Shown here one piece after another: positions 27,659-37,006 of a DNA stretch of 64,000 nucleotides. The notes below the pieces were generated by a model. It did no database searches and was not told where the DNA came from. It was given only the letters and a program-made list of their open reading frames with translations. Numbering within the stretch: position 1 is the stretch's first letter; every line of letters begins with the position of its first letter. Position numbers and translations under genes: made by a program. The DNA comes from Candidatus Falkowbacteria bacterium (lineage in GTDB: Bacteria > Patescibacteriota > Patescibacteriia > Patescibacteriales > Patescibacteriaceae): NCBI GenBank assembly GCA_903897785.1, contig CAIUCZ010000030.1:18212-82211 (forward strand), given 5' to 3'.

Positions 27659-27669
27659 ATTTTGGATTC
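27643..27669. repeat. Family C variant half arm (TGGATAT), supplies CDS end
   Basis: GGATATTGGATATTAGATTTTGGATTC; similar to 60651-60678. Confidence 0.65.
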
Positions 27670-27690
27670 ACCACGAAAAAACAGCACATG

Positions 27691-27734
27691 TCCCGCCACA
27701 GTCTCTCCGACTTTAAGCCGGAGGACTGTGACGT
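27691..27734. repeat. Family I hairpin
   Basis: Matches reverse complement of 56557-56600 (CAGTCTCTCCGACTTTAAGCCGGAGGACTGTG). Confidence 0.75.
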
Positions 27735-27798
27735 CTTAATATTGCGTCTGTGCCTTCTTTATGTTATTCTGTATTTAATTAGAATTAATTAATTTTTT

Positions 27799-28188
27799 AT
27801 GAAAAAACTATCCCTAGCCTTGCTTTTAGCAAGCGCAATATTTTTGGCTGGTTGTCAAGGACCGTTTATGTCAACCAATGCAGTTAGCACGCAAACTATT
27901 CCCGGTGGCATTGTTTTGTTTTACGGCGATACCTGTCCGCACTGCGCCATTGTCCGAAAATTTTTAGACGATAATAAAATCAGCGACAAAGTGCAGTTCA
28001 CCGAAACGGAAGTCTATAACAACCAAGACAACGCCAACTTGATGAGTCAAATCGCTTTGCAAAAATGCGGCTTCAAAACCGGCGATCAGGTCGGCGTGCC
28101 GTTTTTATGGGATGGACCGGAAAGCAAGTGCGTGGTCGGCGATGTGGATGCGATTGCCTTTTTTAAAGATAAAGCGGGTATTAAATAA
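27799..28188 (+). CDS. Glutaredoxin-like lipoprotein
   Basis: Lipobox LAGC, CPHC, GVPFL. Confidence 0.85.
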   Translation: MKKLSLALLLASAIFLAGCQGPFMSTNAVSTQTIPGGIVLFYGDTCPHCAIVRKFLDDNKISDKVQFTETEVYNNQDNANLMSQIALQKCGFKTGDQVGVPFLWDGPESKCVVGDVDAIAFFKDKAGIK

Positions 28189-28191
28189 TAT

Positions 28192-28355
28192 CGCGCAAAA
28201 CTACGAATTATACGCGAATACCGCAAATTACATAGCGAAAAATGCGAATGAAACGCCGAAGGTCTAATCCTTAACAAACAATATTAGAGAATTCGCATTT
28301 TTTGCGGTTTCAATCCGTGGTATTTGCATGTTAATTCGCATTTTTTGCATTAATT
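28192..28355. repeat. Family E element (inverted relative to 10054/61021)
   Basis: GAATTCGCATTTTTTGCGGTTTCAATCCGTGGTATTTGCATGTTAATTCGCATTTTTTGCATTAAT closely matches the reverse complement of the 61023 arm. Confidence 0.85.
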
Positions 28356-28365
28356 AATTATTTTT

Positions 28366-29850
28366 ATGTCAGAACCAGAAAAAGTTCGCCTCAGATTAGC
28401 TCCCAGCCCCACCGGCTTCTTGCACATCGGTAATTTACGCACCGCTTTGTTTGGTTATTTGTTGGCAAAGTCTATGCATGGTGAATTTATCTTGCGCATT
28501 GAAGACACGGATGAAAAAAGAGAAGTCGAGGGTGCGGTCGACAGTCTGCTTAATGTTTTAACTTGGCTGGGCATTAATTTTGACGAAGGCCCGCATCTGG
28601 GCGGGGATTACGGCCCTTATATACAAACCCGGCGCCTGGATATTTATCAAAAAGAAATCCAAACGCTACTCGACAACCGTAAAGCCTACCGTTGTTTTTG
28701 CACGCCGGAACGTTTGACCGAGATGCGCGAAGAACAACAAAAAAATAAACAAGCGCCGCGTTATGATCGCCATTGCCGCAATCTGTCTGAAGATGAAGCG
28801 CAAGCCAAAATTAAGGCCGGCGAAAGTTTTGTTATTCGCCAAGCCATGCCGCTCGATGGTGTGGTGGAGGTTTATGATGAATTACGCGGGGCTATCAAAT
28901 TTCAAGCCGAAGACCTGGATGATCATGTCTTGATTAAAGCCAACGGCGTGCCGACTTATCAATTTGCCAGCGTCGTCGATGACCATTTGATGGAAATTTC
29001 TCATGTCACGCGCGGCGAAGAATGGCTGCCGTCTTTTCCGAAGAATATTTTATTGTATCAAGCTTTTGGCTGGATACTGCCCAAATTTATTCATCTGCCG
29101 TTGATCCTTAATAAAACCGGGGGCAAGCTGTCAAAACGCCAAGGCGATGTGTTTGTCGAAGACTATAAAACTAAAGGCTATCTGTCGGAAGCTTTAATTA
29201 ATTTTTGTGCTTTTTTAGGCTGGCATGGTAAAACCGATCAGGAAATTTTTAGCCTGGAAGAATTGGAAAAAGAATTTTCAATCGCCGGCATGGGCGCCAG
29301 TCCGGCCGTGTTTGATTTGGAGAAACTAAATTATTTGAACGGTTATTATATTCGCCAAATGTCGCCAGAGAATTTAGTTGACTTGGTTAAGCCATACCTA
29401 ACAGAGGCTATTGCCACCGCACCTTTCAATATTAGTGATGAATATTTAACCAAGATTATCAGTCTTGAACAAGAACGGCTAAAAGTTTTAGGCGAAATCA
29501 CGCAGGCGACTGCTTATTTCTTTGTTGACCAGTCGGAATACGAAGCACAGCTCTTGGTCTGGAAAAAATCAGACGCTGAAAAAACAAAAACTAATTTGCA
29601 AACTTTAGCTGATTACCTGGCGGTTTATTCTGGTGATTGGACCAAAGAAAATTTAGAAAGCTCTATTAAGCAATTAATCGCCGATCAGGGCGGTCAAGTC
29701 GGCGATTATCTTTGGCCGATGCGTGTCGCTTTGACCGGCCGCCAGTTTTCACCCGGACCGTTTGAAGTGGCGGCTGTCTTGGGGAAAGAAATAACTTTAA
29801 AAAGAATTAAAGGTGCAATTAATATTTTGAATCTGGAATCTGGAAGCTAG
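28366..29850 (+). CDS. gltX: Glutamate--tRNA ligase
   Basis: APSPTGFLHIG, LRIEDTD, KLSKR. Confidence 0.97.
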   Translation: MSEPEKVRLRLAPSPTGFLHIGNLRTALFGYLLAKSMHGEFILRIEDTDEKREVEGAVDSLLNVLTWLGINFDEGPHLGGDYGPYIQTRRLDIYQKEIQTLLDNRKAYRCFCTPERLTEMREEQQKNKQAPRYDRHCRNLSEDEAQAKIKAGESFVIRQAMPLDGVVEVYDELRGAIKFQAEDLDDHVLIKANGVPTYQFASVVDDHLMEISHVTRGEEWLPSFPKNILLYQAFGWILPKFIHLPLILNKTGGKLSKRQGDVFVEDYKTKGYLSEALINFCAFLGWHGKTDQEIFSLEELEKEFSIAGMGASPAVFDLEKLNYLNGYYIRQMSPENLVDLVKPYLTEAIATAPFNISDEYLTKIISLEQERLKVLGEITQATAYFFVDQSEYEAQLLVWKKSDAEKTKTNLQTLADYLAVYSGDWTKENLESSIKQLIADQGGQVGDYLWPMRVALTGRQFSPGPFEVAAVLGKEITLKRIKGAINILNLESGS

Positions 29851-29912
29851 AAGCTGGAATAATTTAAATTTTTTTCTTTCATTCCAGCTTCCAGATTCTA
29901 GCTTCTAGCTTC
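29829..29912. repeat. Family C hairpin overlapping gltX 3' end
   Basis: GAATCTGGAATCTGGAAGCTAGAAGCTGGAAT...ATTCCAGCTTCCAGATTCTAGCTTCTAGCTTC. Confidence 0.85.
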
Positions 29913-29933
29913 GTTTTGCGTTATAATAACCTC

Positions 29934-31181
29934 ATGCTTTTCCGCCATCGTTCTATAATTTTTATCAGCATTGTCTTAGCCAGTCTCGGCTATGGCGCTT
30001 TTTTAGTTTTTGGCCAAACCGCCCCCGCCGCATCCGCGCCGCCGACGCTGGATGATCTGTCCGGCAGTCCGGCGATTAAAGCTTTAAACGCGCAAATTGA
30101 GCAGAAAAAAAACAGTTTAAACGCACTGTCCGCCAAACAAGCCTTGTATCAGCAGGCGATTAACGGCCTAACGCGGCAAGAAGCCAGCTTGGCCAATCAA
30201 GTGGCGATGATTGACAATCAATTGTCCGGCCTGCAATTAAATTTAGATAAACTGCAGCTGCAAATCGGTCAAAATAATCTGGAAATCCAAAAAGCCAATT
30301 TGGAAATTCAAACCAAACAAGAACAAATTGCCAAAGTCAAAGAGCAGTTATCTTTATCGATTGAGCTACTGTCGCAAGAAGATAATAAAAGCCAGCTGGA
30401 AATCCTGCTGACCAATAACAATTTGGCCGATTTTGTCGATCAAGTGAAATATTTAAAAGACATCAACGGCAGCCTGCTGGACAGTGTTAATCGATTGCAG
30501 ACTTTGCAGGATCAATTGGCGCAAAAAAATCAGGATTTGCGCAAACAACAAGCGGCTATGCTGGTCTTACAGCAACAATTAAACGACGAACAAGCCGCTT
30601 ACAACGATGCCCGCGACGGCAAGACCGCTTTGCTGGCCCAGACACAATCGTCGGAAACAAAATACAGCGCCCTGTTAAATGAAGCGCGTAAAGAGCAAAT
30701 TGCCGCCGAAAACAATATTTTTTCTTTGGAAAAAACTTATCAAAGCAAAGTCAGCACCAAAGCGGGGGAGGCGACAGTGCTGGCTTGGCCGGTGCCAAAA
30801 AACACCATTACTGCGTATTTTCACGATCCGAGTTATCCTTTTCGTTATTTGTTTGAACACCCGGCTATTGATATTCGCGCCGCTCAAGCCTCACCGGTGC
30901 ATGCCGCCGCCGGCGGTTACGTCGCCGCCGCTCATGACGGGGGAATGGGCTATAGTTACATCATGATTATTCATGGCAACGGCCTGGCGACAGTCTACGG
31001 CCATATTTCCAGAATCGAGGTTAAAGCCGACCAATATGTCGCCGCCGGGCAAGAAATCGGCCTCTCCGGCGCCAAACCGGGTACTCCCGGCGCCGGACCG
31101 TTCACCACCGGCCCGCATTTGCATTTTGAGGTGCGGTTAAACGGCATTCCGGTCGACCCGTTGAATTATCTGCCGCAGTAG
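29934..31181 (+). CDS. Coiled-coil M23 peptidase (EnvC-like architecture)
   Basis: HPAID, YGH, TGPHLHFEVR. Confidence 0.9.
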   Translation: MLFRHRSIIFISIVLASLGYGAFLVFGQTAPAASAPPTLDDLSGSPAIKALNAQIEQKKNSLNALSAKQALYQQAINGLTRQEASLANQVAMIDNQLSGLQLNLDKLQLQIGQNNLEIQKANLEIQTKQEQIAKVKEQLSLSIELLSQEDNKSQLEILLTNNNLADFVDQVKYLKDINGSLLDSVNRLQTLQDQLAQKNQDLRKQQAAMLVLQQQLNDEQAAYNDARDGKTALLAQTQSSETKYSALLNEARKEQIAAENNIFSLEKTYQSKVSTKAGEATVLAWPVPKNTITAYFHDPSYPFRYLFEHPAIDIRAAQASPVHAAAGGYVAAAHDGGMGYSYIMIIHGNGLATVYGHISRIEVKADQYVAAGQEIGLSGAKPGTPGAGPFTTGPHLHFEVRLNGIPVDPLNYLPQ

Positions 31182-31270
31182 ACAAGACAAAGAACAAAAA
31201 GAGGAGACTGCCCAAGCGCGGATCACTTTTGATTTTGTTTATTATCGCTTGCAAACAAGCTGTAAATATA

Positions 31271-31298
31271 GTGTCGCACAATATAACTTATGCGACAC
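31271..31298. other. Candidate dif site (Xer recombination site)
   Basis: GTGTCGCACAA-TATAAC-TTATGCGACAC: 11-6-11 inverted arms at the coding-strand switch. Confidence 0.65.
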
Positions 31299-31381
31299 AT
31301 ACTTAAATAAGTAAGCAGTCGATGCGTGGCATTGGTTGGTAGAAATTTTTAAATTAAATTCTACCCCCTACCAACGACAAA

Positions 31382-31522
31382 CTATCTTATTACCAATCCG
31401 ATAAAATTTATTTGCGGATAAAATAATAATAAAATTTTTAGAATCAGCAAAAAGATGCCGATGACAGTCAGGCAAAAAACCAAGACTGCCACAAAAAAGA
31501 ATGCTTTAAAGGCTGTTTCCAT
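31382..31522 (-). CDS. 46-aa membrane microprotein
   Basis: METAFKAFFFVAVLVFCLTVIGIFLLILKILLLFYPQINFIGLVIR; below the ORF-track cutoff. Confidence 0.6.
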   Translation of the reverse strand: METAFKAFFFVAVLVFCLTVIGIFLLILKILLLFYPQINFIGLVIR

Positions 31523-31539
31523 AGATTAGCTAGTGGGTT

Positions 31540-31713
31540 GTAGTTTGGCGCTCGTAGTCGAACATCCACTACTCCCCGTTTAAACTTAAATTTCAATGTG
31601 TCGTAAAATATAGCTGGTAGCTTTTTAGTTAATTGGCTTATTAGGCGAGCACAAATTATTTTTGTTCTCCTGATGAGCTGATCCGCCATCTGGCAGAGCT
31701 ACCGCCTTGCTAC
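31540..31713 (+). ncRNA. Structured RNA, 6S (SsrS)-like candidate
   Basis: Closing stem GTAGT-TT-GGCG..GTAGT / GCTAC-CGCC-TT-GCTAC, AU-rich central bubble, apical stem TGTGTCG...CGAGCACA with G-U pairs on + strand. Confidence 0.45.
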
Positions 31714-32732
31714 CTAATGAAAGCTTTATCCCCAAAGCGCAGATCAATATATTGCTTCTTGGTCAGCTGATCACGCAGATTCTGTTGTGACACGGCTTTC
31801 AGTTTCAAAAGTTGTCCGGCCAGGCTATTCTGCGGATTAAACAACAGCAGGGGGCCGCCATCAATCTGGGCGTTAACCGTATTCAATTGGTTGTCAATAA
31901 AATATTGTTTAATTTTTAAATTTATCTGTCCGGGCAAAGCTTGTCCCAGTTCGGTCATAAAAACTATATCGCCCGGAGGCAGCGAAGCCGCCGAGCCGTT
32001 AATCTTATTGAGGCCCTGGTTGGCCACCAGCGGCAAGCCGGCGGGCGCTTGGTCGGTAATGTTAATCACCTCCCCTGCCAGGTCCAAACAGTAATAATGG
32101 CCGGCTTCCAGCCACACCAAGATGCACGGTTTTTCTTGCACGATAATGTTTAGCGTGTGCCAAAGACTTTTTCTGACAGTTATTTTATTAACATTAAAGC
32201 TGGTTGACAGCCGCTTAATCATCTGCCCGGCATCAAAACCAAACAGCGTCCTTTGAGGGATAATCAGCCAGCGGTTATTTTTGCTTTGATTCCAAGCGGC
32301 AACACTAATATCTTGGGCTGATAAATACTTGGTACCGTCAATTTTTATGTCATTAATCGTCAACAAGCCGGAATAGAACAAGCCCCAACCGACAGCCCCG
32401 AACAGAATCAAAACCAAAACAGTATAGAAAATAATTTTACGGCGCAACGGATGTTGATCAACTGCCTGACTGCCTTCCCAATGACGAGCTGATTTTTCGC
32501 CTGCCCGCGCGCCGCCGGCATAGCCTCTGGCGACGTTCGGCCGCAGAGGCGGGTCGGCAAATATTTTATTTTCTCGCGGCAAATGAACTTGTCCGCGCGT
32601 TGTCGGCTGACCGGCGTTAAACAAAATCGTCGAACGCGGCTTAAAAGAATTAGCCCCGGATTTAGGCGACTTTTTCCACCAATGAGATTTAGGTGCGGTT
32701 GATTTTTTTTGAACAAGAAATTCGTTGGCCAT
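31710..32732 (-). CDS. ftsQ: FtsQ/DivIB-like cell division protein
   Basis: Single TM, POTRA-like IKIDGTKYLS..., C-terminal YIDLRFGDKAF. Confidence 0.75.
   Translation of the reverse strand: MANEFLVQKKSTAPKSHWWKKSPKSGANSFKPRSTILFNAGQPTTRGQVHLPRENKIFADPPLRPNVARGYAGGARAGEKSARHWEGSQAVDQHPLRRKIIFYTVLVLILFGAVGWGLFYSGLLTINDIKIDGTKYLSAQDISVAAWNQSKNNRWLIIPQRTLFGFDAGQMIKRLSTSFNVNKITVRKSLWHTLNIIVQEKPCILVWLEAGHYYCLDLAGEVINITDQAPAGLPLVANQGLNKINGSAASLPPGDIVFMTELGQALPGQINLKIKQYFIDNQLNTVNAQIDGGPLLLFNPQNSLAGQLLKLKAVSQQNLRDQLTKKQYIDLRFGDKAFIR
32500..32553 (+). repeat. Family H composite element, in-frame (54 nt) in ftsQ-like gene
   Basis: CCTGCCCGC...CATAGCCTCTGGCGACG...GAGGCGGG. Confidence 0.6.
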
Positions 32733-32736
32733 GCAA

Positions 32737-32799
32737 GTAGTCGTTAGTCGTTAGTTGTTAGTCGTTAGAAAAATCTACCGGCTTATTAACCGCCGACTA
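32737..32799. repeat. Family D heptamer hairpin (TAGTCGT / ACGACTA)
   Basis: GTAGTCGTTAGTCGTTAGTTGTTAGTCGTTAG plus a decayed right arm. Confidence 0.8.
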
Positions 32800-32800
32800 T

Positions 32801-34123
32801 TTACTTTATATTTTTTTGTTTGTTTAAGTAGGAGCGTAAAACTTCCGGAATTACAATTGACCCGTCAGCTTGCTGATAATTTTCTAAAATTGCAATCAGC
32901 GCGCGGGTGGTCGCGACACCGGTGCCGTTCAACGTATAGACATAGCGCCTCTCCCCTGCTTGCTTGTCATCGCCCGCGGTTTGATACTTGATGTTCAGGC
33001 CGCGCGCTTGATAATCAGTGCAGTTGGAAGTGGAAGTAATTTCTCTCCAGGCTCCTTTTTTATTGTCTAAGCTGGTTTCGCCAGCCGTAGCTTTAGCGGA
33101 GGCTGGTAACCAAGCTTCCAAATCAAACGTGCGATAAGACGGATTGCCCAGATCAGCCGTGCAATGATCGACAATACGAAAAGGAATGGCCAGGCCGCTA
33201 AAAATTTCCTTTTCAATCTCTAAAATTTCTTGATGCAAGCTTTCGGCGTCCTCCGGCTGGCAATAAACAAACATTTCCGCTTTGGTAAACTGATGGACGC
33301 GAAAAATGCCTTTGGCAAACTTGGAGTAGCTGCCGGCTTCGGTGCGAAAACAGTGCGACAAACCGACTAATTTAATCGGCAGATCGTCTAAAGACAACAC
33401 TTCGTCGGCATACAATCCGCCCAAAGTGATTTCGGCCGTGCCGATCAAAGACAAATCAGAATCTTCAATATTGTAAACCTGGGTTGAAGCGCCGCGCGGC
33501 GAAAATCCCAGTCGCTCAATTAAATCGGTTTTGGCCAAATCAGGCGTGGTCATAAAAGTGTAGCCGTGCGCCCGGATGATATCCAAAACATAATTAACCA
33601 AAGCCAGCTCCAGCCGGGCTAAATCATTTTTCAAATAATAGAACTTGGCGCCCGTAACTTTGGTTGCCCGTTCAAATTCAATCAAGTCCAAATCCGCCGC
33701 CAGCTGGACATGATCTTTGGGCTCAAACCCGCCTCCTCGGCTGGCAAGCTTAAAATTCGGAATCTCACCGATTGTTTCCAAAACCGGATTATCATCTTCG
33801 TCGGCGCTGACTTTGACGTCCGGATGAGTTAAGTTTGGCACAGCCAACAGCAAAGTCTGCAGATTTTTTTCCGTCATCACCAAAGTCTGCTCCAGTCCCT
33901 CGACCTTCTGGCCCAGCTGCTTCAGCTTGGCGATTTGCTCCTCGTCCGGCTTAGTTTTTGACGACTGATTGCGCTCGGCGCGCAGCTGATCAATTTGATT
34001 AATTAGTTCGCGGCGCTCAGTGTCCAATTTTAACAACTCATCAACATCAACCGCGGCCATGCGATCAGCGCAATTTTTTTTGATTAAATCTTGATTTTCG
34101 CGAATAAATTTAAGATCTAGCAT
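32801..34123 (-). CDS. serS: Serine--tRNA ligase (two in-frame repeat insertions)
   Basis: MLDLKFIREN, GTAE, FRTEAG, RVHQF, SNCTDYQAR, TLNGT. Confidence 0.97.
   Translation of the reverse strand: MLDLKFIRENQDLIKKNCADRMAAVDVDELLKLDTERRELINQIDQLRAERNQSSKTKPDEEQIAKLKQLGQKVEGLEQTLVMTEKNLQTLLLAVPNLTHPDVKVSADEDDNPVLETIGEIPNFKLASRGGGFEPKDHVQLAADLDLIEFERATKVTGAKFYYLKNDLARLELALVNYVLDIIRAHGYTFMTTPDLAKTDLIERLGFSPRGASTQVYNIEDSDLSLIGTAEITLGGLYADEVLSLDDLPIKLVGLSHCFRTEAGSYSKFAKGIFRVHQFTKAEMFVYCQPEDAESLHQEILEIEKEIFSGLAIPFRIVDHCTADLGNPSYRTFDLEAWLPASAKATAGETSLDNKKGAWREITSTSNCTDYQARGLNIKYQTAGDDKQAGERRYVYTLNGTGVATTRALIAILENYQQADGSIVIPEVLRSYLNKQKNIK
33077..33106 (+). repeat. Family H element in-frame in serS
   Basis: TTCG-CCAGCCGTAGCTTTAGCGGAGGCTGG (cf. 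23100 TCCGCCGTAGCTTTAGCG..GGAGGCGGA); encodes PASAKATAGE. Confidence 0.75.
33728..33748 (-). repeat. Family H element in-frame in serS
   Basis: CCCGCCTCCTCGGCTGGCAAG, 19/21 identical to intergenic 59211-59231; removal restores PNFKFEPK. Confidence 0.8.
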
Positions 34124-34146
34124 AGGTTTTAATTTGCGATAAATTT

Positions 34147-34268
34147 AATACGAATGTTACGAATTGTATCCGAATACTACGAATTGATTACGAATGTCGT
34201 GAATTTTATATTCGCATTTTTCGCGGTGCCATTCGCAGTATTCGCATACAATTCGTAGATTCGCATTA
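34147..34268. repeat. Family E variant (TACGAAT / ATTCGCA arrays)
   Basis: Five CGAAT units facing five ATTCG units. Confidence 0.8.
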
Positions 34269-34275
34269 TATACAA

Positions 34276-34656
34276 TCACTTCTTCTTTGAATAATAACGT
34301 GCGCACAGCGTTATTAAATCTTTATATTGCTGATAAAGATTGGGGCAAGCGGCGTTCAGCTCGCAATCTGGCTCGTCAGTAATCTTACCTTTTTCTAAAA
34401 ATTGCTGGCACAGCCATTTGTCGGTCGGCAAGACATCGCAGGTTGGCGTGGCAAAGGTGGTGCAATAATTTTTATTAAACAGCTGGGCTTTCATCTCGTT
34501 GGCCGTGCATTGATAAAGCGCCATTTTCTGGTAACCGTCCGGTAGTCTGTAACCGCAGGCCGCCTCCAGCAACGGCTTGTTGTGTATTAAATAATAAATC
34601 GTAAAACCCAGCAAGACAATGAATAGTAGCAATAAAAAGGCCGTTATTTTTTTCAT
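34276..34656 (-). CDS. Cys-rich membrane-anchored hypothetical protein
   Basis: N-terminal TM/signal, 8 Cys. Confidence 0.7.
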   Translation of the reverse strand: MKKITAFLLLLFIVLLGFTIYYLIHNKPLLEAACGYRLPDGYQKMALYQCTANEMKAQLFNKNYCTTFATPTCDVLPTDKWLCQQFLEKGKITDEPDCELNAACPNLYQQYKDLITLCARYYSKKK

Positions 34657-34689
34657 CTTAATCTAAATTAAAAATTTTATGGGCTATTC

Positions 34690-34775
34690 AGTTAAAAGTT
34701 CATAAAGTTATAAAGTTATAAAGTCATGGATTCGTAGAACTTTCAACTTTATAACTTTATGAACTTTATAAACTC
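34690..34775. repeat. Family B hairpin
   Basis: AGTTAAAAGTTCATAAAGTTATAAAGTTATAAAG...CTTTCAACTTTATAACTTTATGAACTTTATAAACT. Confidence 0.85.
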
Positions 34776-34804
34776 AAAAACTACTTCGTCTGGATATTAT
34801 TTTT

Positions 34805-36271
34805 TTAATTCTTAGGCCTCATTAGCGGGAAGATTTGGCATTCTCTGCTTGTTTTATTCATCAAAAAGGAAAAAACCCGTTCCGACATGCCAAAGCCGCA
34901 GGTCGGCGGCATGCCATATTCCAAGGCCTGGACAAAGTCCTCGTCCTTGCGCTGGGCTTCATCATCCCCTGCTTCGCGCAATTTTTGCTGCTCTTCAAAG
35001 CGCGAGGCTTGATCAACCGGATCATTCAACTCGCTATAGCCATTGCCCAATTCCGAACCGGCCAAGATGACTTGAAATCTCTGGGCGACATTGTTATTTT
35101 TTTCATCGCGTTTGGCCAGTGGCGAAACAGCAATCGGCACCCCGACCAAAAATCCCGGGCCGGCCAGTTGGCGGCGGCAAACTTTCCACAAGCTATCAAT
35201 GGCGCGAGTAATATTAAAACCGTTGGGATCATAATTAATGCCCAATTCTTTAAGCTTGGCTTCCATTTCCTCCAGCGTCGCGCCGGCAATATCAACGCCG
35301 GTATATTTTTTGACCGTCTGGCCATAATCATAACGTTCCCATTTGTCGCTCAAATCAACCTCGAATTTACCAATTTGAAATTTGAGCGTGCCAAAAGTTT
35401 CTTGCGCCACGTATTTAAATAATTCCTCAGTCAACTGCATGCCCATTTCATAATCGGCATAGCCCCAATAAAATTCCATCTGGGTATAATCCTGCAAGTG
35501 TTCGGCGTCCATGCCTTCGTTGCGAAACTGGCGGCCGATTTCAAAAGTTTTGTCCAGGCCGGCGACCATCAACTTTTTCTGCCATAGTTCGCCCATGGAA
35601 ATGCGCAAATAAACATCCAAGTCAAGCGCGTTATGGTGCGTCACGAACGGCCGAGCATCGGCCCCGCCCGGCGTGTTTTCCAGCACCGGCGTTTCCACTT
35701 CCACAAAACCGCGCTCGTGCAAAAATGAGCGCACGGCATTCCAGAATTTATCTTTTTTGACAATCATTGCCTTGATTTCCGGATTAGCCAAGATATCCAA
35801 ATATCTCTTGCGCAATTTTTCTTCTTCATTAGCCAGGCCATACCAATCATCAGGCAAAGGCAATAACGCCTTGCTCAAAATTTTCCAGCTTTTAACTAAC
35901 AAACTTTTTTCCCCGGCTTGCGTCACAAAACATAACCCCTGGGCCTCTATAAAATCGCCTTGGTCAATTAATTTTACAAATTGTTTATATAACTCATCGC
36001 CGACTTCTTTTTTGGAAATCACCACCTGCATTCGGCCGCTATCGTCTTCCAGTTCGGCAAAGCTGATGTTGCCATGAGTGCGAATCACCCGCAGTCGACC
36101 GGCCAGACAGACTTCGCCGGCTGCCTTTTCCAACTGTTCAAAATCAGCCAGCGCTAGTTTTGCCATGTGGGTGCGCGTAACTTTGGCCGGATAAGGATTA
36201 ACACCGGAATTTTTTAAAGTCTGCAATTTTTTGAGGCGATCTTGATGCTCGCCGGGCTTGAGGTCGGACAT
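34805..36271 (-). CDS. lysS: Lysine--tRNA ligase (class II)
   Basis: GGADARPF, YLRIS, FRNEG, YSELNDP, YGMPPTCG. Confidence 0.97.
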   Translation of the reverse strand: MSDLKPGEHQDRLKKLQTLKNSGVNPYPAKVTRTHMAKLALADFEQLEKAAGEVCLAGRLRVIRTHGNISFAELEDDSGRMQVVISKKEVGDELYKQFVKLIDQGDFIEAQGLCFVTQAGEKSLLVKSWKILSKALLPLPDDWYGLANEEEKLRKRYLDILANPEIKAMIVKKDKFWNAVRSFLHERGFVEVETPVLENTPGGADARPFVTHHNALDLDVYLRISMGELWQKKLMVAGLDKTFEIGRQFRNEGMDAEHLQDYTQMEFYWGYADYEMGMQLTEELFKYVAQETFGTLKFQIGKFEVDLSDKWERYDYGQTVKKYTGVDIAGATLEEMEAKLKELGINYDPNGFNITRAIDSLWKVCRRQLAGPGFLVGVPIAVSPLAKRDEKNNNVAQRFQVILAGSELGNGYSELNDPVDQASRFEEQQKLREAGDDEAQRKDEDFVQALEYGMPPTCGFGMSERVFSFLMNKTSRECQIFPLMRPKN

Positions 36272-36308
36272 AATTTTAGGTTATTACTTGTAGGTTTTGA
36301 CTATGGTT

Positions 36309-36337
36309 ATTTTAAACAATTTTTAGCAAGAAGTCAA
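36309..36337 (-). promoter_or_regulatory. Sigma70 promoter of lysS
   Basis: TTGACT-17-TAAAAT. Confidence 0.65.
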
Positions 36338-36394
36338 AAAAGAAGCGCGCCTTGTTTATGGCACGCTTCTAGCGGGTTTGGTTTAAATTTTAAG

Positions 36395-36847
36395 CTAATC
36401 TATTTTTTTAATTTCGTATTCAATTACGCCTTTCGGTGTTTTGACCATCACCTTGGCACCCTTGCCTTTACCCAAAAAAGCCAGGCCCAGCGGCGATTCA
36501 TTGGAAATCTTGCCCGAGAGCGGATCGGCTTCGTTAAAACTGACAATGGTAAACTCCTTTTCCTGCCCCTGGGCTTTAACCTTAACGACCGAGCCCATGC
36601 CGACCTTATCCTTGTCATGTCCTTCGGATACGGTCAAATTTTTCAACATGTTGGCGATTTCTATAATTTTCCCTTCGTTAAAAGCTTGGGCCTCTTTGGC
36701 GTCGGCATACTCGGCATTTTCCGATAAATCACCCAGCTCTTTAGCCCGTTCAATTCGGTCGGCGATTTCCCGGCGGCGCACCGTGGACAGCATGTTCAAT
36801 TCGTCGACCAGCTTTTGATAGCCCTCTTGAGAGATAATTTGGGACAT
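36395..36847 (-). CDS. greA: Transcription elongation factor GreA
   Basis: GDLSENAEY, ISNESPLG. Confidence 0.97.
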   Translation of the reverse strand: MSQIISQEGYQKLVDELNMLSTVRRREIADRIERAKELGDLSENAEYADAKEAQAFNEGKIIEIANMLKNLTVSEGHDKDKVGMGSVVKVKAQGQEKEFTIVSFNEADPLSGKISNESPLGLAFLGKGKGAKVMVKTPKGVIEYEIKKID

Positions 36848-36920
36848 AGTTTTGTTTATAAAAAAATAATTTATGAACAGATAATACTCTAGAACGATAA
36901 ATTTAGCAAGCCTCTGATTT

Positions 36921-36997
36921 TGTCATCCCGAGGAACGAGGAATCTCTAAAACCATAAGCCGGAGGTGTAAGAGATTCCTCGCAAGCTCGGGATGACA
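36921..36997. repeat. Family A REP-doublet
   Basis: Close to copy at 3798: TGTCATCCCGAGGAACGAGGAATCTC...GAGATTCCTCGCAAGCTCGGGATGACA. Confidence 0.85.
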
Positions 36998-37006
36998 CAT
37001 ACTATG

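Noticed and set aside
31200..31580. tmRNA on minus strand (GGGGAGTAGTGGATGTTCGAC resembles a tmRNA 5' end)
   Set aside because: No matching T-arm/acceptor CCA 3' end at the expected distance, and G-U pairing favours a + strand RNA.
32945..32980. Third repeat insertion in serS (GDDKQAGE)
   Set aside because: It starts with CCTG but has no convincing stem; too degraded to call without ortholog alignment.
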